The translations under genes and the position numbers were made by a program. The notes under the pieces are model-generated. The model was not told where the DNA came from, ran no database searches, and saw only the letters and a list, made by a program, of their open reading frames with translations. From a virus, in IMG/VR virus record IMGVR_UViG_3300040770_000184: DNA of 64,000 bases. One strand, 5' to 3'. Shown piece by piece: positions 17,507 through 28,985 of this stretch (position 1 is the first letter of the stretch; each line of letters starts with the position of its first letter).

Positions 17507-17839
17507 ATGAGCGGGGAATCCACAGAAGTACAGATTGCACGCATGGATGAGAGAATCTCCCAAATTCTGCGAGAAATGTCTTTATCCAGTGAGGGCAGAA
17601 AACTGCAATACGAAAAGCTGGAAGACATGAACCACCAACTTCTTTCCATTGGTTCTCGTGTTGAAAATGTGGAGAGTTCTCTGGCTAAAGCAGGCCCCAC
17701 TATCGATGAGTTTCTTATCATTAAACATAAGGTCGTCGGTGCCGGTATAGCGGGTAAGTGGGCCTGGGCTATTGGTGGTGGCTTACTTTCTTTTCTATTT
17801 GCTAGTCGGGAAACGGTAGCTAACTGGTTAGCAAAATGA
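17507..17839 (+). CDS. Holin-like protein (N4 gp63-like)
   Basis: 110 aa, coiled-coil then C-terminal TM segment; first gene of lysis cassette. Confidence 0.65.
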   Translation: MSGESTEVQIARMDERISQILREMSLSSEGRKLQYEKLEDMNHQLLSIGSRVENVESSLAKAGPTIDEFLIIKHKVVGAGIAGKWAWAIGGGLLSFLFASRETVANWLAK

Positions 17840-18084
17840 GAAAAGTGACCTTAATTGACAACTGGAAAAATGCTTGGAAATTTGCTTCTATCCAGTTGAA
17901 CACTATTGGGTTATTTCTGATGGCTGCTTTGGAAATTCTCCGGCAGTCTTGGGAATACCTACCCCCACATTTACAACAGAAAATCCCACACGCTACTGAG
18001 CTGGGGCTGATTCTTTTTGCCTTAGCCATAGTAGGGCGTCTGTTTGTCTTAGAGAAAAAACCTGATGTCATCGACCAAGACTAA
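17836..18084 (+). CDS. Two-TM holin/antiholin-like protein (N4 gp62-like)
   Basis: 82 aa, two hydrophobic helices, W...S.Q motif, directly before endolysin. Confidence 0.7.
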   Translation: MRKVTLIDNWKNAWKFASIQLNTIGLFLMAALEILRQSWEYLPPHLQQKIPHATELGLILFALAIVGRLFVLEKKPDVIDQD

Positions 18085-18667
18085 AGTTGCCGGTGGTTCC
18101 TCTATAATCATAGCCTCAATCATTGCGGCTATTTTTGCTATGGAGGGGGGTTACGTCTTCAATCCCTCAGACCCTGGGGGAGAGACTAATCATGGGGTTA
18201 CTAAAGCTGTAGCTGTGGATTACGGTTACACCGGCTCTATGCGTGCTTTGGGCAAGGACACAGCCACTAATATCTACGTCACCAACTATATCAATAAGCC
18301 TGGTTACCGGGAATTGATAGCCACCTCCCACGTTGTGGGGCACAAAGTAGTGGATGCTGGTGTAAACGCAGGTACAAGCCGATCCTCTAAGTGGCTACAA
18401 GAAGCCCTTAATTCTCTCAACAGAGGGGGGAAAGATTACCCTCCTATTTATGTTGATGGTAAAGTTGGCTCAGGTACAATCAACGCCTACGCCGGATTGC
18501 AGAAAGCTCGGGGCAGAGTCTTAGCTTGTGAGATGGTTATTAAACTGATGGATGCCCAACAGGCAAACCACTATATGAGCTTAGAGCACCTCAGTATGTT
18601 TACCCCTGGTTGGGTATCCCACAGAATTGGGAATGTGCCCGTATCTCGCTGTAAGGAAGAAGCATGA
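18065..18667 (+). CDS. SAR endolysin, glycoside hydrolase family 108 (N4 gp61-like)
   Basis: EGGYVFNPSDPGGETNHGVT motif; weakly hydrophobic G/A/S-rich N-terminal anchor after basic residues. Confidence 0.92.
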   Translation: MSSTKTKVAGGSSIIIASIIAAIFAMEGGYVFNPSDPGGETNHGVTKAVAVDYGYTGSMRALGKDTATNIYVTNYINKPGYRELIATSHVVGHKVVDAGVNAGTSRSSKWLQEALNSLNRGGKDYPPIYVDGKVGSGTINAYAGLQKARGRVLACEMVIKLMDAQQANHYMSLEHLSMFTPGWVSHRIGNVPVSRCKEEA

Positions 18668-19191
18668 CTACGTACCTTATGAGATATGGCATTATGGGTC
18701 TCTTAGCAGCCAGTCTCCTTGCTGCTGTTTTTCTGTTGGGTAAGGCTAGCGGCATCTCAGAAGTAAGTGCTGAATGGACAGAAGCCGATGAAAGACGCCA
18801 TGCAATCATTCAAGACATTGCCCTAGACGTAGCTAAAAAAGAAGCTACTCACTTACTCGAAAGCGAGAAAAACAGTGAAGCACTTATCAAAGCAAAAACA
18901 GATTACGAAGCATCTCTTGTTAAGCTGCGTGCTGATCTCTCTGACCGGCTGTTGGTTAGTGAAGAAAGAGCCGGTCTATATAAACGTAAGGCCCAAGGTA
19001 CAACCTCTGAGCGAGACCGTCTTGCAGAGCATGCAACCGAACTCGACCGATCCCTTGAACAGGGCAGATCTCTGGTACGAGAACTCGGGCAAATTGTTAG
19101 ACAGCATGAAGTGACTATTCGTATCTTGGGCAACCAAATACTTAGGGACAGAACTCTCCTAACAGAATCGAGTGAACCAAATGGAAAATGA
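18664..19191 (+). CDS. Rz: Inner-membrane spanin (Rz-like)
   Basis: N-terminal TM then coiled-coil; follows endolysin. Confidence 0.85.
   Translation: MTTYLMRYGIMGLLAASLLAAVFLLGKASGISEVSAEWTEADERRHAIIQDIALDVAKKEATHLLESEKNSEALIKAKTDYEASLVKLRADLSDRLLVSEERAGLYKRKAQGTTSERDRLAEHATELDRSLEQGRSLVRELGQIVRQHEVTIRILGNQILRDRTLLTESSEPNGK
18875..19114 (+). CDS. Rz1: Outer-membrane lipoprotein spanin (Rz1-like), embedded in Rz in +1 frame
   Basis: Signal peptide ending in lipobox LTGC; Pro-containing periplasmic part; nested position. Confidence 0.85.
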   Translation: MKHLSKQKQITKHLLLSCVLISLTGCWLVKKEPVYINVRPKVQPLSETVLQSMQPNSTDPLNRADLWYENSGKLLDSMK

Positions 19192-21388
19192 ACAAGCTCC
19201 TACTTCTGAAGTCACTAAGCTGACGGACTGGGCTAAAGAACCGGATATTCGGGATCTTAAATACGATCTCGAAAACGCCCGTCCTTCTCATCAGATGCAG
19301 ATGGCAAAGATTGCCCATTGGAACAACCTGATGAAAGTCACGGGTTCTTCCAAGATCAAAGCCAAGCCTGGGCGCTCTTCTGTTCAGCCTAAGCTAATTC
19401 GTCGCCAAGCAGAATGGCGATACTCGGCACTGAGTGAGCCTTTCCTTGGTTCCAACAAGATTGTAAAAGTTTCCCCTACTACGTTTGAAGACACCGAAGC
19501 AGCCAATCAAAATGAGCTGGTGCTTAATTGGCAGTTTCGTACCAAGCTCAATCGCGTAAAGCTTATTGATGACTTTGTTCGTTCTACTGTCGATGACGGT
19601 ACGTGTGTTATCCGTACTGGCTGGAAGCGATCGGTAATTACTATTCAGGTCGAGACACCGGTCTACGAGCATTACTCAGTAACTAGCGAAGAGCAGGTAA
19701 CGGCTCTACAAACAGCTCTAGAGCTTAAAGCAGAGAATCCTCGTGGCTATGAGGAGAGCATAGACCCTGCTATGCGGGCAGCTGTTGATTACTACGAAGA
19801 GTCTGGTGAACCAACTATTGCCATACAGACTGGCGTACAGATGGTGCCTACAGAGAAAGTTCTTGAGAACAAGCCTGTAGTAGACATTCTGAACCCACAG
19901 AATGTAGTAATTGATCCCTCGTGTGAGGGTGACATTACCAAAGCATCATTTGTGATTGTCTCTTTTGAGACAAACAAAGCTGAGCTTTTAAAAGAACCCA
20001 CTCGCTATAAGAATCTTGAACAAGTCAACTGGGAGGGAAACAGTCCTCTGAGTACTGAAGACCATAGTACCGATACCCCAGACTCCTTCAATATGAAGGA
20101 CCCACTGCGTAAAAAGGTAGTAGCGTATGAGTATTGGGGCTTTCTTGATACCAAGGAAGACGGCACCCTGACTCCTATTGTTGCCACTTGGATCGGTGAT
20201 GTAATGATCCGTTTGGAAGAGAACCCTTTCCCAGACGAGAAGCTTCCCTTTGTTGTAGTCAACTACCTGCCTGTTAAGCGTGCCCTGTATGGTGAGCCAG
20301 ATGCAGAGCTACTACAAGACAACCAAGACATCCTTGGTGCTGTTACTCGTGGCATGATTGATCTGCTGGGTAAGAGTGCGAACTCTCAACAAGGCTTTGC
20401 TAAAGGGATGCTTGATCCACTTAATCGGCGTCGTTACGACTCAGGGCAAGACTATGAATTCAACCCAAGTGCTAACCCTGCTCAGCAGTTAATTGAGCAT
20501 AAGTACCCGGAGTTGCCACAGTCTGCTTTGACTATGGTGTCCTTGCAGAACAACGAAGCTGAGGCTCTTACCGGGGTTAAGTCATTCTCTGGTGGTGTAT
20601 CAGGCGAAGCTTACGGTGATGTTGCTGCAGGTATTCGTGGTGTTTTGGATGCTGCATCTAAGCGTGAGATGGCAATCTTACGTCGCTTAGCTAAAGGCAT
20701 GACTGAGGTCTTCACTAAAATTATTGCCATGAACGCAGTGTTCATGTCAGAAGAAGAAGTGGTTCGGGTAAGCAATAAAGAATTTATCCCTATCCGTCGT
20801 GAAGATTTGAAAGGCAACTTTGACCTTGAGGTCGATATTTCGACTGCTGAGATAGATGACGCCAAAGCTCAAGATCTTGCCTTTATGTTGCAGACTATTG
20901 GTCCGAACGGCGATTCCAGCATGGTCATGTTGGTTCTGGCAGAGATTGCAGAACTAAAGCGTATGCCTGAATTGGCCCAGAAGATTCGTACATTCAAGCC
21001 ACAGCCTTCTCCTGAACAGATACGGTTGCAAGAACTTGAGATTGAAAAAGCTGAACTTGAGAACGAAAAGATTCGTTCTGAGATTGATCTCAACACTGCT
21101 AAAGCAGAACGTGAACGAGCAACTAAAGACAAAACTGATTTGGATTATGTTGAGCAAGAAACTGGTACGTCACACGCCCGTGACCTGGAGAAATCCAAAG
21201 CCCAGTCTCAAGGTAACCAGAATCTTCAAGTTACTAAAGCCCTCACCTCCCCTGTAAAAGAGGGGGATAAACGTCCAAATATCGAAGCTGCTATCGGGTT
21301 CAACTCTGTAAGTGATAAGTTGAATGAGGAACCACCATCGAGTACGATACAGCGAGATGAGTTGGGGGTAGTTCCTGCCCCTCTCTAA
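19181..21388 (+). CDS. Portal protein (N4 gp59-like)
   Basis: ~735 aa, [12 protein letters not shown] and LPFVVV motifs, position before scaffold/capsid; alternative GTG start at 19172. Confidence 0.9.
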   Translation: MENEQAPTSEVTKLTDWAKEPDIRDLKYDLENARPSHQMQMAKIAHWNNLMKVTGSSKIKAKPGRSSVQPKLIRRQAEWRYSALSEPFLGSNKIVKVSPTTFEDTEAANQNELVLNWQFRTKLNRVKLIDDFVRSTVDDGTCVIRTGWKRSVITIQVETPVYEHYSVTSEEQVTALQTALELKAENPRGYEESIDPAMRAAVDYYEESGEPTIAIQTGVQMVPTEKVLENKPVVDILNPQNVVIDPSCEGDITKASFVIVSFETNKAELLKEPTRYKNLEQVNWEGNSPLSTEDHSTDTPDSFNMKDPLRKKVVAYEYWGFLDTKEDGTLTPIVATWIGDVMIRLEENPFPDEKLPFVVVNYLPVKRALYGEPDAELLQDNQDILGAVTRGMIDLLGKSANSQQGFAKGMLDPLNRRRYDSGQDYEFNPSANPAQQLIEHKYPELPQSALTMVSLQNNEAEALTGVKSFSGGVSGEAYGDVAAGIRGVLDAASKREMAILRRLAKGMTEVFTKIIAMNAVFMSEEEVVRVSNKEFIPIRREDLKGNFDLEVDISTAEIDDAKAQDLAFMLQTIGPNGDSSMVMLVLAEIAELKRMPELAQKIRTFKPQPSPEQIRLQELEIEKAELENEKIRSEIDLNTAKAERERATKDKTDLDYVEQETGTSHARDLEKSKAQSQGNQNLQVTKALTSPVKEGDKRPNIEAAIGFNSVSDKLNEEPPSSTIQRDELGVVPAPL

Positions 21389-21393
21389 TAAAA

Positions 21394-21413
21394 GTCCCAC
21401 TTAACGGTGGGAC
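21394..21413 (-). terminator. Hairpin between portal and next gene, U-tract on minus strand
   Basis: GTCCCAC-6nt-GTGGGAC; TTTTATT follows only on the minus strand. Confidence 0.45.
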
Positions 21414-21455
21414 AGTACTTAACCCTGATTACTAACATCTAAAGGACCAATCAGC

Positions 21456-21794
21456 ATGTCTGAAGTCATTAACCAACTTGAAGACCAACTTGTTCGTGAA
21501 AAAACCTTAGTTAAGATGCGGGACGCAGCTATACGTCTTGCAGAAAACAAGGATTTTCGTGAACTGATTCTTAACGGCTTCTGTCTCACTGAGGCAGCAC
21601 GCTACGTACAAGAATCTGGTGATCCGCTGCTTCCTGCTTCAAATCGTGCAGATGCTTTGGCTATGGCCCAAGCTTCCGGCCATTTGAAACGCTTCCTGTC
21701 GTTTACCATCCTGATGGGCAACACTGCTGCTAATACGGTACGTGAAGTGCAGGATGCCATCGACGAGATGCGTGCTGAGGGGAGTGACGAATAA
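21456..21794 (+). CDS. N4 gp58-like protein
   Basis: 112 aa helical protein between portal and scaffold; synteny. Confidence 0.7.
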   Translation: MSEVINQLEDQLVREKTLVKMRDAAIRLAENKDFRELILNGFCLTEAARYVQESGDPLLPASNRADALAMAQASGHLKRFLSFTILMGNTAANTVREVQDAIDEMRAEGSDE

Positions 21795-22966
21795 TGTCCG
21801 GTATCTTGGGTATGTCAGACGAGGAGGTTCTTAACATGGACACTCCTCCGGAATACGTGAAGGAAGAGGAGACTGAGTTTCTTGAGCCAGTGGTGCTGGA
21901 TACTGAGCTAACAACCGAACCAGACGTTGTTGCGTTGGTAGAAGAGCCTGCGGTTGTTGCTGCAGTTGGTGAAGATCTGAGCGACGAAGAGTTGCTTGTT
22001 GCAGTTCCCCCTGTTGCTGCTAAGGAAGAAAAGGCTCAACCCTTAGTTGATCCTTCCAAGCCGGTTACTCCTGACACACCAGTTACTGCTGAAACTAATG
22101 GGGAGAAGCCCCCAGAAGTTGCGATTGATTACGAAGGTTTTTACAAAAAAGCAATGGCTCCTTTCCGTGCTAATGGAAAAGAGATTCAATTGAAAAGCCC
22201 AGAAGAGCTGATGCAGCTCGTCAAGATGGGCGCGAACTACACTCGCAAAATGCAAGACATCGCACCACATCGTAAAGTGTTGCTGATGTTGGAAAACAAC
22301 GGTTTGTTGGATGAGGGTAAACTCTCGTATCTGATCGACTTGGATAAGAAAAACCCTGACGCAATCAAGAAATTGATTGCTGACAGTGGTATCGACCCCC
22401 TGGATATTGATACCACTACCCCTCCTGCCTACACCGCAGGCAATCACCGTGTGACTGATGAAGAGTCGGCTTTCCGTTCTACGTTGGATGAACTTAGTTC
22501 CAACGAAGAAGGCGTTGCTACCCTCCAAGCCATCAACTCTACGTGGGATCAGGCCAGTAAGGAGCAGTTGTACAAAAGCCCAGAGATCATGGATGTAATG
22601 GTTCAACAACGTAAGGCCGGTTTTTACGATCGAATCGTTACGGAGATGGAACGTCAACGTACTCTGGGTGCAATCCCTGCTGGTCAGAGCTGGTTGCAGT
22701 CGTATAAGCAAGTTGGTGATCAATTGGTTGCAGTGAACGGGTTTGCAGATTTGGTTGAAAAGCCTGCTCTAACTACGCAAACTGTTGCTCAAGCACCAAC
22801 ACCGGTCGCTACTCGCGTAGCTACTGCAAAACCGACTGTTGCCCACAATGACAAGGCAAATGCTGCGGCCCCTACTCGGGTAACCCCGCAAGTAGCTAAG
22901 GTCATCGTCAACCCACTTAGTGTGTCCGACGACGAGTTTCTTAAACAAATGCAAAATCGCCTCTAA
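21794..22966 (+). CDS. Scaffolding-type protein (N4 gp57-like)
   Basis: Acidic, Pro/Ala-rich N-terminus; MGANYTRKMQ motif; directly before capsid gene. Confidence 0.75.
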   Translation: MSGILGMSDEEVLNMDTPPEYVKEEETEFLEPVVLDTELTTEPDVVALVEEPAVVAAVGEDLSDEELLVAVPPVAAKEEKAQPLVDPSKPVTPDTPVTAETNGEKPPEVAIDYEGFYKKAMAPFRANGKEIQLKSPEELMQLVKMGANYTRKMQDIAPHRKVLLMLENNGLLDEGKLSYLIDLDKKNPDAIKKLIADSGIDPLDIDTTTPPAYTAGNHRVTDEESAFRSTLDELSSNEEGVATLQAINSTWDQASKEQLYKSPEIMDVMVQQRKAGFYDRIVTEMERQRTLGAIPAGQSWLQSYKQVGDQLVAVNGFADLVEKPALTTQTVAQAPTPVATRVATAKPTVAHNDKANAAAPTRVTPQVAKVIVNPLSVSDDEFLKQMQNRL

Positions 22967-22978
22967 GGGTACTCAGTC

Positions 22979-24208
22979 ATGCTCAATTACAACTCTCCAA
23001 AAGACGGTCAGAAGTCCACTATTGATAGTGCTTCGTCTGACCAAATGAACACCTTCTTCTGGATCAAGAAAGCTTTGATCGAAAGTCGTAAGGAACAGTT
23101 CTTCATGCCAATGTCCTCGACCCTCAATTTGCCGAAGCATTTCGGTAAAGCGGTCAAGGTATACCAGTACATTCCTTTGCTCGATGACCGTAACGTCAAC
23201 GACCAAGGTATTGACGCCAACGGTGTTACCTCTGTTGATGGTAACTTGTACGGCTCCAGCCGAGACATCGGTACTATTGTTGGCAAACTGCCAACCCTGA
23301 CCGAGAACGGTGGCCGTGTGAACCGTGTTGGTTTCACCCGTCTGGAGCGTGAAGGTTCGCTGCACAAGTTTGGTTTCTTCACCGAGTTCACCCAAGAATC
23401 GATGGACTTCGATTCGGATGACATGTTGAAAGAACACCTGAGCCGTGAGCTGCTGACTGGTGCTGTTCAGCTGACTGAAGCCGTATTGCAGAAAGATCTG
23501 TTGGCCGCTGCTGGTACTGTTCTGTTTGCCGGTGCTTCTGTTTCCGATGCCACCATTACTGGTGAGATCACCCCGGCTGCTGGTGCAGTTCCTGAGTTGC
23601 CAGCTTCGGTTGTCAGCTACAAGAACCTGATGCGTCTTGATCAGATCCTGACCGACAACCGTACTCCCAAGACCACCAAGATCATCACTGGTTCGCGTAA
23701 CATTGATACCAAGGTGATCTCCGGTGGCCGTGTGATGTACGTCGGTTCCGAGCTGGTGCCTCTGTTGAAAGGTCTGACCGACCTGTTTGGCAACAAGGCA
23801 TTCATCGAGATCCAGCATTACGGTGACGCAGGCACCATCATGAACGGCGAGATCGGTTCGATCGATGCTTTCCGTTTCGTGCAGGTTCCTGAAATGCTGC
23901 ATTGGGCTGGTGCTGGTGCCATTGCTGTTGATAACCCTGGTTACCATTCGACTATGGTCGGTGGTGACGAGCGTTACGACGTGTTCCCAATGCTGGTTGT
24001 CGGTGATGACAGCTTCCAGAACATCGGTTTCCAAACCGACGGTAAGACTGTGAAGTTCTCGGTACTGACCAAAATGCCAGGTAACGAAACTGCTGACCGT
24101 AATGATCCATACGGTGAGACCGGTTTCAGCTCGATCAAGTGGTACTACGGTATCCTGATCAAGCGTCCTGAGCGTATTGGCCTAGTCAAATGCGTAGCCC
24201 CTATCTAA
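22979..24208 (+). CDS. Major capsid protein (N4 gp56-like)
   Basis: 409 aa; [18 protein letters not shown] and [16 protein letters not shown] motifs; strong codon bias. Confidence 0.93.
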   Translation: MLNYNSPKDGQKSTIDSASSDQMNTFFWIKKALIESRKEQFFMPMSSTLNLPKHFGKAVKVYQYIPLLDDRNVNDQGIDANGVTSVDGNLYGSSRDIGTIVGKLPTLTENGGRVNRVGFTRLEREGSLHKFGFFTEFTQESMDFDSDDMLKEHLSRELLTGAVQLTEAVLQKDLLAAAGTVLFAGASVSDATITGEITPAAGAVPELPASVVSYKNLMRLDQILTDNRTPKTTKIITGSRNIDTKVISGGRVMYVGSELVPLLKGLTDLFGNKAFIEIQHYGDAGTIMNGEIGSIDAFRFVQVPEMLHWAGAGAIAVDNPGYHSTMVGGDERYDVFPMLVVGDDSFQNIGFQTDGKTVKFSVLTKMPGNETADRNDPYGETGFSSIKWYYGILIKRPERIGLVKCVAPI

Positions 24209-24222
24209 GGGACTGACTCCTG

Positions 24223-24242
24223 GGGGTAGGACTTCCTACCCC
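24223..24242 (+). terminator. Stem-loop after major capsid gene
   Basis: GGGGTAGG-ACTT-CCTACCCC followed by TTGGTT. Confidence 0.55.
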
Positions 24243-24277
24243 TTGGTTCTAACAAAACAGTATCTAGGAACTCAAAA

Positions 24278-24922
24278 ATGAGCACTTCCGATCCAGTAGT
24301 TACATCGAATGTAGATGAACAAGACGACCTCGTAATGCCGAGTGAGCTTGACGTACTCAAGGACCGTGCCCGTTTGATGGGTGTAGCGTTCTCCAACAAC
24401 ATCAGTCTGGAAACTCTCCGTGACCGTGTTGCTACCAAACAATTGGAGCTTGACGCTCCTGATGCTGCCCCTGCTGTGGAAACACCTGCAGTCAAGGCAG
24501 CAACGAACCCATTGGTGAGCAAGGCTGAACAGCCTGACGCCAAGCCCATGTCTCTGCGTAACTACCTGCTGGGCGAAGCCACTAAGCTGGTACGTCTGCG
24601 TATTACCAACATGGACCCAAAGAAAGCTGATTTGCCCGGTGAAATTCTCACTGTAGCGAACGAGTACATTGGTACGATTAAGAAGTACGTTCCTTTTGGT
24701 GAGTCCACTGACAGTGGTTACCACGTTCCTTACTGCATTTATGAAATGCTGAAAAGCCGTCAGTTTTTGCAGATCAAAACCAAGACTCATCCAATCACTA
24801 AGCAGATCGAAACTCGGACCCAGTGGGTACGTGAGTTTTCTTTGGATGTGTTGGATCCATTAACACCAGCTGAATTGAAGCAACTGGCCACTACGCAAGC
24901 AGCGTCGGGCAGTTTACTTTAA
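24278..24922 (+). CDS. N4 gp55-like protein
   Basis: 214 aa after capsid; synteny. Confidence 0.7.
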   Translation: MSTSDPVVTSNVDEQDDLVMPSELDVLKDRARLMGVAFSNNISLETLRDRVATKQLELDAPDAAPAVETPAVKAATNPLVSKAEQPDAKPMSLRNYLLGEATKLVRLRITNMDPKKADLPGEILTVANEYIGTIKKYVPFGESTDSGYHVPYCIYEMLKSRQFLQIKTKTHPITKQIETRTQWVREFSLDVLDPLTPAELKQLATTQAASGSLL

Positions 24923-24940
24923 GCGTCTGATGTCACATAT

Positions 24941-24977
24941 AACGGCCCGTTCTGTTTTAATAGACGGGCCGTTTTTC
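24941..24977 (+). terminator. Intrinsic terminator
   Basis: AACGGCCCGT...ACGGGCCGTT stem followed by T run. Confidence 0.75.
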
Positions 24978-25000
24978 ATTGAACACTTGAGGTACACCAA

Positions 25001-25858
25001 ATGAGCTGTGGAGCAGATACAGAAGCCAATGCGCTGATGCAGTCTTTGCTGGGTGAGGAGTCTTTTGAACTACCTGACATTGACTTAACTGATGCCAGAT
25101 TTAATTTTCCAGGCGGGGCTGATGGTGCTCTGTATCAGGCAGTTAATAAGATCGAAATCAGTGACCTTACTACCCGTACAGTAGGTGGTGCTGGTGTTTT
25201 TGATGCTTTGATGGAAAGCTTCAGCAATCATTTAAAGTCTGAGTACGAGAAGGGCCGAATTACTGGTGCTGAGTATACGAAGGCGTATACCGCACTGACA
25301 GAAAGTGCCATGAACCAATCGGTAGGATTCTTACTGGGTAAGGATCAGGCTTTCTGGCAAGCACAAGCAGCACAGCTACAGGCATTTACTGCCCGTGTGC
25401 AGCTGGAGCTGGCTAAAGTACAGCTGGTTGCTCAACGAGTAGAAGCCAGTAATCAGAAAGCAAACTACGCATTGACCAAGGTAAAACTGGCAAACGAGTC
25501 TGCTGGATACTGCACTGCATTGTTCAACCTTGAAAACATCCTGCCACAGCAACTGACAAACTTGATTGGTCAGCACGGCTTAATTAGCGAGCAGATGGAA
25601 GCACAACGTGGCCAAACGTCAGACCTACGTTCTGATGGAGCTGTTGTTGCTGGCGTGATGGGTAAGCAAAAGCTTCTCTACGCACAGCAAATCACCTCCT
25701 ATCAGCGAGATGCTGAAGTCAAGGCTGCGAAGATGTTTACAGATGCCTGGATTACACAGAAGACTCTTGATGAAGGCTTGCCACCACCTAACGGCTTTAC
25801 CAACGCCAGTTTGGATACTGTCCTTACCAAACTGAAAATCAACAATGGGCTGACCTAA
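25001..25858 (+). CDS. N4 gp54-like virion structural protein
   Basis: 285 aa; G.GVFD.LM..HL..EY..GRITG.EY..AY motif; synteny. Confidence 0.75.
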   Translation: MSCGADTEANALMQSLLGEESFELPDIDLTDARFNFPGGADGALYQAVNKIEISDLTTRTVGGAGVFDALMESFSNHLKSEYEKGRITGAEYTKAYTALTESAMNQSVGFLLGKDQAFWQAQAAQLQAFTARVQLELAKVQLVAQRVEASNQKANYALTKVKLANESAGYCTALFNLENILPQQLTNLIGQHGLISEQMEAQRGQTSDLRSDGAVVAGVMGKQKLLYAQQITSYQRDAEVKAAKMFTDAWITQKTLDEGLPPPNGFTNASLDTVLTKLKINNGLT

Positions 25859-25860
25859 AT

Positions 25861-28521
25861 ATGGGCTGGTTCAGTGCTAAGAAGAAAACTTATGTTTCCT
25901 CGACCACTTACAATTTGGCCGGGGACGAGAAGGTAAGGTTCTTACCTACAGCAGTTTTCTCAAACATTATTACTGGCTCTCGGGACAGTATTAGCGCAAC
26001 GGTCACCGGGTCTTTACTTAAAGGCCCTGGCATCCGTATGCGTAGTTTTGCACGCTGGGCCAGAACCCAAGGTTACTCAGATGCCGTGGGCTTAACGGGG
26101 GCCACTCTCCATCTTGGGGACAGTATTGATAATGTTCTGTTAGCCAATATTCTCCCCCATGATCCTGAAGAGCTTGTAAGTATTCAAGATTCTTTTATTG
26201 ATGGTGCTGACTACGCAGCTTGGGCAGATCGTTGGTTATTGGAAAATCATCCAGAAGAGCTTACAGATGATTTTGAGATAGATTTCTCAGAACTACTTAA
26301 CACCATTTATTTTAGAAGAGATGGCTTGTTGCTGTATTCGTTTTCTCCTGTTGGATTTAACCCAGCTTCTCGTTATTTATACGCCAACTACACATTGTCC
26401 CGTGATGGTGATCTTCAGCCTGTAGAGCCAGGCCCGGTTACTGTCGTGTCCTCTCCAGCACAGTACTTAAATATTTCAGATTGGAATTTGATAACGTCGT
26501 CTTCTGTAAGTAATTCTGTTTCTGTGACAGACACAGAAACCACAGAATTAAGCTACTCAGATGCAAGGCCGACTACTGCATCAACAGCGAGCACCTCTCT
26601 AACTTTGGCTCACACCAGTACCGAGGTGAGCTATGAAAAGACAGCCTACATTGGCCGGAATCCGTCGAGCAACTCGACAGAGTTTGTTAAATCTTTCTTG
26701 GCTAACAGGAAAGGCTACTCAATTGTGCCAACCACTACGACAGTAACCACAACGGAAACCATCGAAGGTGGTGTTGTAAAGACTACGGTCGTTACGACAG
26801 TTACCCATGCTTTAGAAAATTTGTTCTCATATCAGCTGGATACCCAATTGATCGTAGATACCATTTGGTCAAATAACCAAGTGTTCATTTACGAATACAA
26901 TACGGGCAACCCTACTCTTGATGCTATGTTTGCCACTAATCAAGGTTTTGCAGATTTTCTGCCATTTATTCCTGTGCGGGTAAACAACAGAACACTGAGT
27001 CCCTCTTACAAAGGAAGCCTTTATTCAAAGAACCTAAAGGCATACACAAGGGCTACAGGAGCCAAGTATCCAGATCTTGTTGAGAGTGTTATGGATAATG
27101 ACTCCATTGACGATATTGACTTTGTTTACGTAGTCTTTGGTGTAGCTTTAAATACAAAAGACAAGTCTGCTTTGAAATACATCTTTACCTTTTTTGAGGA
27201 GATTCTTCGGCAAGGCGGTGGCAACACTGGTTTTGACGCTTGGCAAGCAAGCTGGAACATTGCTGACATAAGTAATCATACCTGGGGTTCTTGGATCGAA
27301 GCCCAATCTGAACCGAGTTCCCCGTTGTACGGTACTACTGAACCTGTAAGGCTTCCTTATCCTGCAGCACCTACGCGCTCTATTAGCTTGATAGGACGAG
27401 ACCTAAATTACAATATCAAGATTTCATGGTCTTCATTGAAGAGTGAGAGTTACTCAGGGCTTGGTAAACCTGGTGCTAAGCAAGGAGATATTTGGTGGTC
27501 TACCACCGATTACTTAGGCTTAGTTCAGTTGCTATTTAATAGAGGCGAAGTAGTACCTATACCTATTAGTTTTGACGGCCAAAAACTAATTTGGCAGGAT
27601 ACGCCAGATTCTTATAAGCTAATCCACCTGCAAGGCTTACAGCATAACAACATGATTTGGGATGGTAAGTCCGTTAATACCAGTGGTACTGCCGCTCTTG
27701 CTGATCTGGACATTGCTTCGTTTATTATCCCTATGCAGGAAGGGATTTTACGAAAGCTGTCTTTAGCGCATTCGACCCAAATGGCAACTGATAATAGCTA
27801 CCTTGTTTTTAACACTTACCAAGTGGTTAAGCAGAAGTGGTATCAGACCACCTGGTTCAAAATAATTTTGGTGATTATTATAATCATCATTACCATTTTT
27901 ACTTTTGGTGCAGGAGCACCGGCTGGGGCAGGTATTTTAGGTACGGCTGCAAGTGTGGGTGCTGCTTTGGGCCTTACTGGGGCAATTGCTATAGTCGTGG
28001 GTACATTGGTAAACGCTCTTGCTGCCATGCTTATTACCCATTTACTAACTAGGCTTGCTACTGCCTTGTTTGGTCCAGAAGTAGGTGCAATTGTTGGTGC
28101 TATTGCTTCGGTGGCGGTGATCTCTGTAGGCACCTCATACATGGGTGGGCAGGGGTTAGCAGCAGGTTTTTCAAACCTGGCTAGTGCAGAAAACCTTATG
28201 AAACTGTCTGTAGCTGCAGGCAATGGTATGTCTGAGTATCTGGGAGCCAAGACTACAAATACGATTAAGGAAACTCAGCAAGCCTTAGCAGATTACGAAA
28301 CCCAATCAAAGATGATTTCGGATGCTTATGAGGAAAACCTGGGTGCAAGTAGCGTATCCTTGGATCCTATCCTGCTGACAGATTCTTCTAAGTGGGCGTA
28401 CATTCCGGAAAGCTCAGAAGTTTTCTTAAACAGAACATTGCTCGTAGGATCGGACATTGCTTTAATGACCCATGAGCTTCTTGCTAATTTCACTAAAATC
28501 ACGATAAGCACAGAACTTTAG
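25861..28521 (+). CDS. N4 gp53-like virion protein with C-terminal hydrophobic Gly/Ala-rich segments
   Basis: 886 aa; very hydrophobic IILVIIIIIITIFTFG helix and further Gly/Ala-rich TM-like stretches; synteny. Confidence 0.75.
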   Translation: MGWFSAKKKTYVSSTTYNLAGDEKVRFLPTAVFSNIITGSRDSISATVTGSLLKGPGIRMRSFARWARTQGYSDAVGLTGATLHLGDSIDNVLLANILPHDPEELVSIQDSFIDGADYAAWADRWLLENHPEELTDDFEIDFSELLNTIYFRRDGLLLYSFSPVGFNPASRYLYANYTLSRDGDLQPVEPGPVTVVSSPAQYLNISDWNLITSSSVSNSVSVTDTETTELSYSDARPTTASTASTSLTLAHTSTEVSYEKTAYIGRNPSSNSTEFVKSFLANRKGYSIVPTTTTVTTTETIEGGVVKTTVVTTVTHALENLFSYQLDTQLIVDTIWSNNQVFIYEYNTGNPTLDAMFATNQGFADFLPFIPVRVNNRTLSPSYKGSLYSKNLKAYTRATGAKYPDLVESVMDNDSIDDIDFVYVVFGVALNTKDKSALKYIFTFFEEILRQGGGNTGFDAWQASWNIADISNHTWGSWIEAQSEPSSPLYGTTEPVRLPYPAAPTRSISLIGRDLNYNIKISWSSLKSESYSGLGKPGAKQGDIWWSTTDYLGLVQLLFNRGEVVPIPISFDGQKLIWQDTPDSYKLIHLQGLQHNNMIWDGKSVNTSGTAALADLDIASFIIPMQEGILRKLSLAHSTQMATDNSYLVFNTYQVVKQKWYQTTWFKIILVIIIIIITIFTFGAGAPAGAGILGTAASVGAALGLTGAIAIVVGTLVNALAAMLITHLLTRLATALFGPEVGAIVGAIASVAVISVGTSYMGGQGLAAGFSNLASAENLMKLSVAAGNGMSEYLGAKTTNTIKETQQALADYETQSKMISDAYEENLGASSVSLDPILLTDSSKWAYIPESSEVFLNRTLLVGSDIALMTHELLANFTKITISTEL

Positions 28522-28541
28522 GCTTTGTGACCGGAGGGTGT

Positions 28542-28976
28542 ATGACTACTGCAAATATGGGACAAGATCCTGGTGGGTTGATGGATTGGTTGAAGAACCT
28601 CATGGGTAACGACGGTGCCCAGACCTTTGGGGCAGGCCCAGATACCGCCCAAGGTCTCACTTTTAGTGGAGCCAATGGCAATCTTCCAGGCGGTGATCTT
28701 GGAGCAAGTACCGGTATCGGTATGAACATCGGTACAGGCCAGATGGCTATTAAAGGTTTGGCTACCTTGGGTAATCTGTATGGCTCCCTGCAGTCCAGCA
28801 AGCTTGCCAAAGAGCAGTTCAAATTTAGCAAAGACTTTGCTAACAAGAATTTGGCAAACCAGACTCAGACTTACAACACAGCTTTGAGCGACAGGCTTAC
28901 TTCTCGTGGTGTTGCCCTAGGCCAGTCTTCTGCCGAAGTTCAGACAGCAATTGATAAAAACCGACTTGCTCGGTAA
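28542..28976 (+). CDS. N4 gp52-like small virion/ejection protein
   Basis: GGAGG SD before ATG at 28542; Gly-rich; QTQTYNT motif. Confidence 0.7.
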   Translation: MTTANMGQDPGGLMDWLKNLMGNDGAQTFGAGPDTAQGLTFSGANGNLPGGDLGASTGIGMNIGTGQMAIKGLATLGNLYGSLQSSKLAKEQFKFSKDFANKNLANQTQTYNTALSDRLTSRGVALGQSSAEVQTAIDKNRLAR

Positions 28977-28985
28977 GGATTGAAA

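Noticed and set aside
22043-24790. Antisense ORFs of 172-353 aa opposite scaffold/capsid/gp55
   Set aside because: Shadow frames of strongly biased genes; no motifs
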